NCBI GenBank assembly: GCA_002269645.1
Contig: NIVC01004414.1
Location: 1-46,798, forward strand
Direction: 5' to 3'
DNA from: Macrostomum lignano
Lineage: Eukaryota
Length of the DNA stretch: 46,798 nucleotides
Within the stretch, counting starts at the first letter, position 1. Every line of letters begins with the position of its first letter. Below, piece by piece: positions 34,145-45,117 of this stretch. The position numbers and the translations under genes are program-made. The notes beneath the pieces are model-generated. The model saw only the letters and a list, made by a program, of their open reading frames with translations, made no database searches and had not been told where the DNA came from.

Positions 34145-37100
34145 TATATACTAAAGCTGACGTCGTGGTCCGGTGGGCCGGGTTTGTCGACGATCTCCTC
34201 CTAGGATTCTTGCAACTCAACTTTCAAACCGGTACCAAAACATGTCAAATGTCCCGACGATGCTACAATTTAAAATTCATTTTCAAATTTCAATTTTAAG
34301 TGCTTCAAAAAAGCAGAAAACAGCACAAACCAGACAGCCAGACCAGATGTCTATATATCGCATTCCATGGACTTCCCACTTGACGCTATTTTGTATGGTT
34401 GCGCCACAACTTTTCTCCTATCTCTGCAGTGTATTTCATTTCAGCTGGGGGAGGGTCGCCGGCACTTGAGAATTGGCGGCCTACTTGCTCAGTGTTAAAA
34501 AGGGGTGGAGGTGCACACTGCGCGAGAATGGATGGCTTGATTTTTTAACTCATCACAGAGTGTACATTGCGCTCTGCAAGTAAGAAACGGGAAAACTTGC
34601 ACCTTAATTTCTGCTTTTAATTTTCAAGCTACAGAAAAGTGAATCACACCGTTGGAAAGAGTTTGAAAAACTGAACAGAATGGTATAATTTTCTGTTCCG
34701 AAATCTCAACTGCATCAGAGCAATTTGTCATAGAAAATTTCTTGATTTCAATTGTGAAAACGTTAAGTGGCTGGGGAGGGGTTTCATTAATTTCAATTCT
34801 GACTGTGCAATGCACAAGCCTAGACTCTCCCTGTGCATTTGGGGAGGTGCATGGGCTATAGACTGATTTTCATATTGAGTGATTGGCTGGAGATAATATT
34901 GAGATTAAATAAATGAATCACCGCAGTGTAAACTGCTTTTTTGACCCCCAATAACCTTCTTTTGCCACTCTGCCTGGGGCTTCAGCCAGTTTGTAAAAAT
35001 AGCCACCCCAACCTCCGCCCGCGGGCCGCTGTGTATTGAGGGGTGGTGGGTGCGCGTGTTCTACGTTCAATGCAAATAAAACCCCCCGTGTTGGCGGGTT
35101 GAGTTAAATTTAATGCTTCCCCCGTAACGGGGGGTTGGGCTTGGACTGAGTGTACATAGCTGTTGTACAGTGTAAAAAGATAGATAGAACTGTGCCGAGA
35201 TTCAATTGGTTTTATTATCGGCCCTGTGTATTAGCTGGGCAGTGAAATTCAATGAATAAACTTGCGAGCTTCTCTAGCAAGAAGTCGGGAAATCGGTAAA
35301 TTTCAAACGCTAACTGTTCCTCGAGTTTTAAACTTTGAGAGGAGAAACTTATATTGCTGGAAAGATCTTGCAACGCTGAGTTCGGGGATATAAGTTGTTT
35401 GCTTTAAATATGAAAAGAAAAAGCACAGCATTTGAAAAACTATTTCTATACTTTTAACTTTCTGCAAAAATTGTACTCAGTTTTGCGAGACGTAATAGAT
35501 AAAGTTGGGGGAGGGTTCAACTTCTCACTGCTGCTGTGTATTAGAGGGTTGATTTAGATTGACTGACTGACTGTGAAATCAGTTGCGCAATGAATTGATT
35601 CAATTAGTTCAATATTTTTATCAGTGCCTTTTAACACAAACCTGTGCGTAGTTCTAACCCTAACCCTAACCCTAACCAATGAATCCGGAGAGTTGAGTTG
35701 TTTGACGGAAAAAATTCGATTGAGTCCAGTTTAGCGGAGACGATTTCAATGTTTTAATTTTGACGAAGAGGATTTCTGTTTCGTGGAGAGGATTTCGATG
35801 GTGTTCAGTTTCGTGGAGAGGATTTCGATGGCGTTCACTTTCGTGGAAAGGATTTCGATGATGTTCAGTTTCACGGAGAGGATTTCGATGATGTTCAGCT
35901 TCACGGAGAGGATTTCTGTTTCGCGGAGATAATTTATGATTGATTTCTGTTTTATGGAGACCATTTTGATGGATTTAAGTTTCAAGGAGAGGATTTCGAA
36001 GGAGTCCAGTTTCACGGAGAGGATTTCGATGGTTTTCAGTTGCACGGACAGGATTTCTGCTTCGCGGAGAGGATCTTGATGGATTTGGCATCTTCAATCA
36101 GTTAGAGAAGAGAGTAAAGAGAAGAATGAAAAGAGAAGAGAGATGAGATGATAGAAAACAGAGTAGAAATGAGTGGAGAGATTAGACATGACAGATGGGA
36201 GAGAAGAGGGGAGTAAGGCGGGAACGAAGGAAGAGAAAAGAGAAGAGGAGAGAGGAGTTGAAGGGAGAGGATATGAGAGAGGAGATATGAGATAGCAGAG
36301 AGGAGACAGGAGAGAAAAGAAAGGAGGGATAAGAGCGTACAGAGGCAATAGAAGAGAGGAAAGAGAGGAGAGAGGTGAGAGGTGAGAGGAGAGAGATGAA
36401 AGATCAGAGATCAGAGATTCAAGAGTAGAAAGTAGTGAGGAGAAAGAAGAGGGTAAAGATGAGAGTGCAGAGAGGAGAGAAACGAGAGGAGACAGGTGAT
36501 AGAAAAGAGTGTAAAAAAACAGGATATAAGAAAGGAGAGGGTGAGAGTGAGAGCATATAGGAAAGTGTAAAAGGGGAGAGAGAATAGATAAGTGAGTAGA
36601 GAAGAGATATGAGAGAGGAGAGAGGAGAGATTAGAGAAGAGATGAGGGGAGATAAGAGGAGAGAAGAGGGAATGGAGAGGAGAGAAAAGAGAGGAGAGGA
36701 GACAGGTGATGCAGTAGAAAGGGAAGAAAGATGGTAGATAAGAAAGGAGAGGGTGAGAGCGTATAAGAGATACGAGTAATGAAAGCAGAGAGAAGAGAGA
36801 AAAGGGAAGAGAGAAAGTAGAGCGGAGACGATAGATAAGTGAGTAGAGATGAGATATGAGAGAGGAGAGAAAAGGGGAGAGATAAGAGAGAAGATATGAG
36901 AGTAGACAGGAGAGGGTACAGACGAAAGGCGAGGGAGAAGAGATAAATAAGGGAGTAGAGATGAGATATGAGAGAGAAGAGATAAGCGAGAAGAGTAGGA
37001 ATAGAGGAGAGAGAGAAGCGAGAGAAGGGAGAGAGGAGGGAGAAGAGAGATGAAAGATCAGAGATGAGAGAGATGAAAGTGTAGAGAGGAGTAATTAGTG

Positions 37101-37305
37101 AGGAGAAAGAAGAGAGTAAAAATAAAAATCAGAGCGCAGGGCGCAAGAGATGAGAGATGGGAGTTGATAGATTGTAGAGGATTTGGAGATGATTTGGAAG
37201 ATGGGATTCAATTCATTGAATTTCAGCTGATAGGAGTTCTTCCCCTTCAGAATTCCGGTGATGGGAGTTCTTCCCCTTTCTCCTCCAGAGGAGGAGTTCC
37301 ACTCG
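34145..37305 (+). mobile_element. Non-autonomous Helitron-like unit 5 (~3.16 kb), last in the array
   Basis: Shared 5' module; telomeric tract at 35654-35677; GA-rich block at ~36105-37165; hairpin at 37280-37296; ends CACTCG followed by T. Confidence 0.75.
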
Positions 37306-37327
37306 TAATCTACTAATCATACACTTA

Positions 37328-37382
37328 GATTCGAACCCAGGTTGCTGCATTAGCAGTCTGGTCTGTTCAGCTCTAGGCTAGC
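37328..37382 (-). other. Degenerate tRNA-like or SINE-head remnant
   Basis: Minus strand has a B-box GGTTCGAATC preceded by a weak A-box-like segment. No complete cloverleaf. Confidence 0.35.
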
Positions 37383-37549
37383 TGTCATCGAAGTTATCAG
37401 TGAATTTGTACCACTTAAATAGTTCAACACTCACACAAAGTCAGGTAGAGTAAAAAGTCACGAAGCAGTTATGAGTTATGACATAATCAATTTCTTAGGC
37501 AAGTCAGTACCAGTCTCTATAAAAGTTAACAATATGGTTACGCAATATA

Positions 37550-37891
37550 AATTGAGTACTGTGCTATGCTTTCACACTCAACGCTGTGACGCAATTCAAT
37601 TGAGTGTCTTGTGTATTGTGATGCAATCTATTTTAGAATCAGAATTCAACCAGTCAGTTTTTCTGCTAGCATTCTTACAATGCATTTCAATGCTTGACCT
37701 TTGCAAAAAAGCATGTTTTTCGAATATTTAATCCCTTTAACATTGAGCAATTTCTTAGCCAAGATGCATGTACCGTCACGGAAAAATTTCTGATCGAACA
37801 GTGCAAGTTCGTAGAAAATCGGTCCAGCCATTCAGGAGAAAATCGATTTCGTACAAGCAAGCAAGCAAGATTTTCATTTTTAGTATATGGA
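37550..37891 (-). mobile_element. Second family of non-autonomous Helitron (5' end clear, 3' end degenerate)
   Basis: Minus strand A|TCCATATACTAAAAATGAAAATC(TTGC)3...TGAATGGCTGGACCGATTTTC. An A|TC start, a subterminal tetranucleotide microsatellite and the GGCTGGACCGATTTT motif resemble Lep1-type non-autonomous Helitrons. The left boundary is a guess. Confidence 0.6.
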
Positions 37892-39153
37892 TAATGCGTC
37901 ATGTACTTTATCATTAGCAGCTCGTAGTCTATATAGGCGCATATAAAGCTCTCAACAGGCAACCTAAACGATTATATGCATATATTAACTGCTGGATGTC
38001 TTCGATGCATCTAAAGTTTAGTATAATTGACTAGCCAATTGAACCCCCTTTCGGGTAATGCTGGTCAATTCTTCAACGAGTGATGCTGATTGTTTTTAAG
38101 AGCAAGGTGGCCAATATCGTAGAGTGAACAACTTAAAAGTTTATTTATCGCGCACTTACATTAAAAGTATTTATGCTTCCTAAGCATAAACAGCGATATA
38201 CCTCGTATCTTTATTGCGTATCTAAACTCCACACAGCGTGTCCCAATGCCTAGGCAGTCACGCTTGCACTCGCTGCAACAAAGCATGCAAGCCTGCAAGT
38301 TTTTTAAGGCAGATTTTTAGTTGATTGACACTGCGAACTGTATAGCGTAAAACTTTCCGTTGGATGCGTTGAATTTTTTTTCTTCACAAGTTTTTGCTTT
38401 ATCGCTATAAACTCTAGATTATTCAGAATTTTGAGCCTGTTGTATGCATAACTATACGCTTGTACAGTGTATCATAGCGTTGAGATGCAAAGGAGCTGAT
38501 CGAGATACAGCCAAATTGGCCAAAATGTATGAGCTCAGTACAAATTACGAAGTATTTTATTACTTTATTAAGTTTTTTATGCAATAATACGAGTAAATAG
38601 CAGAAGAGATCAATATCAACCGCGTTTCAACTAATAAATGATACAAAATTTTACCCTTATCAGAAAGTGTGTTTACTACTTTAAGTAGAAATTGTGACAA
38701 GAGCCCTGACTCATAGGGGCCATGTATACAGTCGTCTGCAAGGACCGCTATAGAATACTCGCAGTAACAGGACAGTAAAAGTCAAAGATCGGGTGATGTT
38801 TTGGGAGGCCAATTCCCTGGAAAACATACACTGCGCAGTGGAATAGGAAAAAATCATTTTTTCTCACAAAATGAATGATCGCATTCGGCAGTGAAGATTA
38901 ACCATTCTTTGAAATGGCATATTACTCTGTTGTATTTTTTCTATACTGTTATCCTGTTATCCTGTACTGTTATTTTTTTCAAAGCCTAAAGCTAAAGTTG
39001 TAAATGCTCACAATTGTGGCTTTAGCTGATCTTTTTGTTCTGTTCCTTCTTGAATCAAATATGTTTGTTATAACAATCAAGCTTAAAATTCATACATGAA
39101 ACTTTCCAACACTAGGTCAACAGGAATATGAAAAATGATATTGGTAAACGTGT

Positions 39154-39445
39154 ATAATAATAATAATAATAACATTAATTGATTGCAACCGACAGCTCAG
39201 CCGCAGCTATTGCGCGGCGCAGCTGAAGGCTGCGTACGGCTGTTCAGTCCAAGGACTGGGAGGTCGCCACACACAGCCTCAATTACCCCAGCTAATGCTG
39301 GCACCCATTTTACAGCTGGGTGAACTGAAGCAATGCAGATCGAGTTGTGTCTTGCTCAAGGACACAAATAGTTCCGAGTTGGTCGAGAATCGAACCCCCG
39401 ACTTTCCAGTCATGAGTCCAACGCTCTAACCACTGGGCTACAACA
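39154..39445 (-). mobile_element. tRNA-derived SINE, second copy of the family at 20334
   Basis: Reverse complement has GTAGCCCAGTGGTTAGAGCG (A box), GGTTCGATTCTC (B box) and TGTGTCCTTGAGCAAGACAC...CAGCTGTAAAATGGGTGCCAGCATTAGCTGGGGTAATTGAGG. The 3' half is nearly identical to the first copy, and it ends in a (TTA)n tail. Confidence 0.9.
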
Positions 39446-41392
39446 ATTTAATACGTATAGATATGTATAAGCATGAACTTACATGTATACCTGTAATAAT
39501 GACTTAAAACTACCTGCAGGCAACATTTTAATTACAAACATGATTGATACATGCTGTGCATGCTAAATTAAAAGAATGGTAATCTTTACTGCCCCAGATC
39601 AAATTACGTGTGTGCTCAGGGGTCAACGGCCAATGGGACCGACTGCTTGCAGCTTCCCGCTCCTTGATTTTCTCGCAATGAACACTTGCCAATATAATTG
39701 AGCATGCGAGAGCTCATCATCTACTTACCAGTAGAAAGTATAGAGTGTATAGTGATATTTTTGCGAGTCAATAAAAATTCGCTAAATTGACTAAATTCAT
39801 GCCTTTGTTTCCAGGTTTGCTTTTATTTAAGGAAAACATCAGCTTTCTATCATGAGTAGCTTTCTATCATCTGGGCAACTGTTGGTTTACTGCTAGCGTA
39901 AAGTAAAGTAAGTAAATTTAGATATTTGTATGTACACAGGCACGCTCTCATACAGGTGCAAAACGGTGTAACTTCACATTGATTTTTTCACTTTGTGGTG
40001 CATTTCTCTTTTAAGAATGTCGATGTTGATTAATATGTAGTCATAGGCATTTCAACAGTGAACATATGAGTAGATGCTTTTTATGCATACACATTTCTGC
40101 AGTAACAAACTACATGCTTGCTAAGTGTAAATGTTCAGTGATTATAGACGCAGGCACCCCTTGAGTCACGGTTGAGAGTGATGGCTTTTATTCTTTCTGT
40201 TTTTTTCGAAAGCAGAGCAAATTCTCGCTTGTTGCTGATGCGAAGCTTACACGGGTTGATAATTTTAAACAAAAGTGAATTCAGACAGAATCGTGGTGCT
40301 GTTGTGGCAGATCCGGAATGCTAACACAAGCTTTGGCTTCCAAGTAGGAATCCGGTCCGCTCAAGGCTTGTTTGTGTCTCTTCGCAGCTCTCTTCTCTCT
40401 CTAATCTCCTCTCTCTCTCTTATCTTTTCTCTCCTCTCCTCTTCTCTCGTCTCCTCTCTTCTCAATTCCCTCTCCGCTCTCCCATCCTCCCAATCACATT
40501 CATACGCTAGGTCCTCTATCTGGCCCTTGAGGTAAAAAAGGTTTCTGACCCCCAGGTCTATCTATCCTTACGGATGTTTTTTGCGTAAGTTTACCTCTGG
40601 GCCGTTGGTTAAACTAGGAGTAAATCCAATTTGAATTCGCGCCAAAAAGAACGTCGTTTATTAATCGATAAACAACCGATGAGCTATATTTAAACATCAC
40701 AAAAGCAGTGGCTCTGAGTGAATTGAGTACTTACCAGAGTCGATAACTAATTGAAAAGAATGGGAAAAATGGCCACCTCGCTAATGCATTCTGCTGCGAT
40801 ATTGGGTCTTCTAATGAACTTTGCATAATTGCGAATCCTTAAAGTCAAGAAGGCATTTTTGTGTTCAAACTTTTTTCTGCATCAGTTGCCAAGCAAATCG
40901 CCGTTCTAGAAGACTTAGAAGTTCGTGGTTAATATTTGCTATAATTTTCCCCTTGACCAATTCATAGAAATTTATTGAGTAGCTGAACTTCAAGGTGCTC
41001 TGCTCTGATAAGGCACGCTCGCTCCCTTCCTACTCAAAGACTCTAATTTCTCGGACTCTGAGACCAAGCTATTGGTTAACTCTGAGCATTTTTATTAAAC
41101 AGGCGTTTCTCATTCGTGTCGCGAGTCAGAAGCAGCGCGAGTGTCGGACAAGCAAACAGAATAACAGAGAGGCCATCTTCTATGTTGTTTATTTAATGTC
41201 CAAGTCTGTAAACTCTGCTCGCTGCAAAACTTATCTGTCTGTCAATCAGCTGTCATGCCAAGTATCTAACTTTAAAAAGCTCTGCGATTCTGAATCTACT
41301 CAATATTTCCTACGGCTTGAACATAGCCTTGATTTGGTCTCGCCAATCTCATGCCCCTGACTCATATGATCACCATTATTATCCATAAATCT

Positions 41393-41872
41393 TACCTACC
41401 TGACTCATCCAATCTCATCTACCTGACTCATCCAATCTCATCTACCTGACTCACCCAATCTCACCTATCTGACTCATCCAATCTCACCTACCTGACTCAT
41501 CCAATCTCATCTACCTGACTCATCCAATCTCATCTACCTGACTCACCCAATCTCATCTACCTGACTCATCCAATCTCACCTATCTGACTCATCCAGTCTC
41601 ATCTACCTGACTCATTCAATCTCATCTACCTGATTCATTCAATCTCATCTACCTGACTCATTCAATCTCATCTACCTGATTCATTCAATCTCATCTACCT
41701 GACTCATTCAATCTCATCTACCTGATTCATTCAATCTCATCTACCTGATTCATTCAATCTCATCTACCTGATTCATTCAATCTCATCTACCTGATTCATT
41801 CAATCTCATCTACCTGACTCATTCAATCTCATCTACCTGATTCATTCAATCTCATCTACCTGACTCATTTAA
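41393..41872. repeat. 23-bp minisatellite (TCTACCTGACTCATCCAATCTCA), ~21 copies
   Basis: Direct repetition. Left units carry CATCC/CACCC and right units carry CATTC, often with TGATT. Confidence 0.96.
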
Positions 41873-42327
41873 TCTACAATCCAAAAATATCAAAATTATT
41901 ACCCAATTGTCAAATCTATCTATTGCCAATTTCTGATATCTTTCTAATGTAGTTACATGTAGCAAGAGAACAAGTCGCACGTTTTATACTGACTCACAGT
42001 CCTTGCATGAAGCGATATAAAGTTCATTCAAACAAATGACTAAATAAGCTGTTCCCTTTAACTTTACCCAGGCTACCTGGGCTGCCAGATAGAAGGTTTA
42101 TGAACAATAGGAGCTAGATAGTTTTACCTGGAGAACTTGTTTCGCTATATTTGGCTTCATGATCATCTATCTGATCGTGCACTTCCAGCATTTCCAAATG
42201 TGGGCGATGCGGCAGGGTTATCGTATTTTATAACTCTGCTTCCGTTGACACCCCAGCCTCGCTTCCGCTCTGCTCACGTCACATGACTGTTTGCCCGCCT
42301 CCGCCTGCCTGCCGCGCCTGTCTGACT

Positions 42328-42343
42328 GTCTATCTATCTATCC

Positions 42344-42391
<48 letters not shown>

Positions 42392-42392
42392 G

Positions 42393-42436
<44 letters not shown>
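42328..42436. repeat. (TATC)n tetranucleotide microsatellite
   Basis: About 27 units with two interruptions. Confidence 0.97.
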
Positions 42437-42439
<3 letters not shown>

Positions 42440-42973
42440 ATCGATCTGTTTTTTTCATCTCTAAAACTTGATTCGATTACCTGAAGGTTTAAACGTGGTG
42501 ATCGCGTGATGTTGGCAATCATTAAAGTAGAGAGCGGAGAGCCAGAGTACTGCTCAATACAGAGGCAAAAATTTTACGGGGAAAAAGTGGTAAAAATATT
42601 ATATAATAGAAATAAGTAAAACCTAATCAAATTGATGGCATCACTTTTGGACAATGAGAATTGCTAAAGAGGTGCTTCACTTGGTGTTTGATTTTGTTGT
42701 AAAAAATATTTTCTATCCAAGCGTTCCATTTTCGATTACGGATCGCTATAATGTAGCGATAGAAAGCCGTAGCCGTTATTCATTTTTTATCACCGCAGAC
42801 TGAACTTCAACACCCTCAATTGATAATATACCTATATGAGTCTAGACTCAAAAATTGTCAGATTTTATTTTGTATTATTATATTTTATGTGAGTAATTGG
42901 ATTAGAAACTACTGGTTTACAAAAGTTTAAAAGGACAGAAAGAGGGACAGAGGAAGGGGACAGAGGGAGAGGG

Positions 42974-44049
42974 ACAGAGTGAAACAGAGTGAAACAGAGT
43001 GAAACAGAGTGAAACAGAGTGAAACAGAGTGAAACAGAGTGAAACAGAGTGAAACAGAGTGAAACAGAGTGAAACAGAGTGAAACAGAGTGAAACAGAGT
43101 GAAACAGAGTGAAACAGAGTGAAACAGAGTGAAACAGAGTGAAACAGAGTGAAACAGAGTGAAACAGAGTGAAACAGAGTGAAACAGAGTGAAACAGAGT
43201 GAAACAGAGTGAAACAGAGTGAAACAGAGTGAAACAGAGTGAAACAGAGTGAAGCAGAGTGAAACAGAGTGAAACAGAGTGAAACAGAGTGAAACAGAGT
43301 GAAACAGAGTGAAACAGAGTGAAACAGAGTGAAACAGAGTGAAACAGAGTGAAACAGAGTGAAACAGAGTGAAACAGAGTGAAACAGAGTGAAACAGAGT
43401 GAAACAGAGTGAAACAGAGTGAAACAGAGTGAAACAGAGTGAAACAGAGTGAAACAGAGTGAAACAGAGTGAAACAGAGTGAAACAGAGTGAAACAGAGT
43501 GAAACAGAGTGAAACAGAGTGAAACAGAGTGAAACAGAGTGAAACAGAGTGAAACAGAGTGAAACAGAGTGAAACAGAGTGAAACAGAGTGAAACAGAGT
43601 GAAACAGAGTGAAACAGAGTGAAACAGAGTGAAACAGAGTGAAACAGAGTGAAACAGAGTGAAACAGAGTGAAACAGAGTGAAACAGAGTGAAACAGAGT
43701 GAAACAGAGTGAAACAGAGTGAAACAGAGTGAAACAGAGTGAAACAGAGTGAAACAGAGTGAAACAGAGTGAAACAGAGTGAAACAGAGTGAAACAGAGT
43801 GAAACAGAGTGAAACAGAGTGAAACAGAGTGAAACAGAGTGAAACAGAGTGAAACAGAGTGAAACAGAGTGAAACAGAGTGAAACAGAGTGAAACAGAGT
43901 GAAACAGAGTGAAACAGAGTGAAACAGAGTGAAACAGAGTGAAACAGAGTGAAACAGAGTGAAACAGAGTGAAACAGAGTGAAACAGAGTGAAACAGAGT
44001 GAAACAGAGTGAAACAGAGTGAAACAGAGTGAAACAGAGTGAAACAGAG
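42974..44049. repeat. Near-perfect 10-bp tandem array (ACAGAGTGAA)n, ~107 copies
   Basis: In exact register with the 10-nt display blocks. One variant unit (GAAGCAGAGT) at 43251-43260. Confidence 0.98.
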
Positions 44050-44382
44050 GCAGACAGATACAGACACAGCAGGAGAGAAGCAGTCCAGAAAAAGGCACTG
44101 AGGGAGTGGCAAAAGATTTGAAGCGAAGGTCTGCGTGGGCAGCCAGTGAGCAGTGAGATGTGGGAGCTGGCTGAGCGAGCTATTATAGGCCCAACTCCCT
44201 GGCGCAGGAGCAGGATCTCACAATTCCCAGTCTGCGACTGCACTTGGCACCTCGTGCAGCCACAAACAGCAGCAATTTCTTTTAAAGAAGTTAATTCTCT
44301 CCACAATTTAATTTAATTTAAGCAACTTTCAAATCTGGGCTGCTTAGTTTAAAAAAAGTGACTTTCTGCCGTTGCTTCCGAA

Positions 44383-44446
44383 ATGCTGCTTCATCTGCGG
44401 CCTCAAGTGCTATTGCTGCTGACTCTGGCTTTGACTGCCACTAGCT
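44383..44446 (+). CDS. Candidate first exon of a secreted or membrane protein (signal peptide)
   Basis: ATG...MLLHLRPQVLLLLTLALTATS plus 1 nt, ending at a perfect GTAAGT donor. It has a hydrophobic core with small residues at the putative cleavage site. Not in the ORF track. Confidence 0.55.
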
Positions 44447-44484
44447 GTAAGTATCGCTCATCTGGTCATATTGTCATGCCATGT

Positions 44485-44837
44485 TCTGCTCATCTGGTCA
44501 TGTAATGGTCTACTAATCTAGTCATGTAATGGTCTACTCATCTAGTCATGTAATGGTCTACTCATCTAGTCATATAATGGTCTACTCATCTAGTCATGTA
44601 ATGGTCTACTCATCTAGTCATGTAATGGTCTACTCATATTGTCATGTAATGGTCTGCTCATCTAGTCATGTAATGGTCTACTCATCTAGTCATGTAATGG
44701 TCTACTCATCTAGTCATGTAATGGTCTACTCATCTAGTCATGTAATGGTCTACTCATCTAGTCATGTAATGGTCTACTCATCTAGTCATGTAATGGTCTA
44801 CTTATCTAGTCATGTAATGGGCTATTTATCTAGTCAT
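44485..44837. repeat. 24-bp minisatellite (TAGTCATGTAATGGTCTACTCATC), ~14 copies
   Basis: Direct repetition; lies in the putative intron after the signal-peptide exon. Confidence 0.96.
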
Positions 44838-45117
44838 TTAATGCTTTGTTTATCCGCTTGTATCAGCAGCGCAATATTAGGCTTACTAAAGTATAATTCC
44901 TTTCCTAATTCATCTAAGCATGCCATCATCCGACAGTCTACTTATCTGTTCATCCATTATCTCCCAACAAAATAAGATTTCGTTGCAATTTTGACTGGGC
45001 TAAATTGCACACGATCATAATTGATGCATCCACTCGATCCTATTGACAACTTCTTTAGATTGTTTTAATTGATGGCCCCTTAATCGCCAGCTTGTTAATA
45101 AATTTTCTACTCCCCAG

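Noticed and set aside
25815-34815. Recurrent ORFs MGRVCRRSPP..., MHCTVRIEINE... and MQLKTIEILSV... as a captured or multi-copy gene
   Set aside because: They recur only because the DNA modules are near-identical copies. There are no HUH Rep or helicase motifs and no recognisable domain, and the starts and ends vary with flanking modules.
20977-35677. True telomere or chromosome-fusion scar
   Set aside because: The tracts are only 2-6 units long, are embedded in repeat modules, and show no head-to-head long arrays.
27363-36348. Leu/Ser/Phe-rich ORFs that look like membrane proteins
   Set aside because: They are translations of the pyrimidine strand of GA-rich low-complexity DNA.
42865-44306. 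Three 390-460-aa ORFs (FTLFHSVSLC repeats)
   Set aside because: All three minus-strand frames are open because the 10-bp unit lacks stop codons; this is an artefact.
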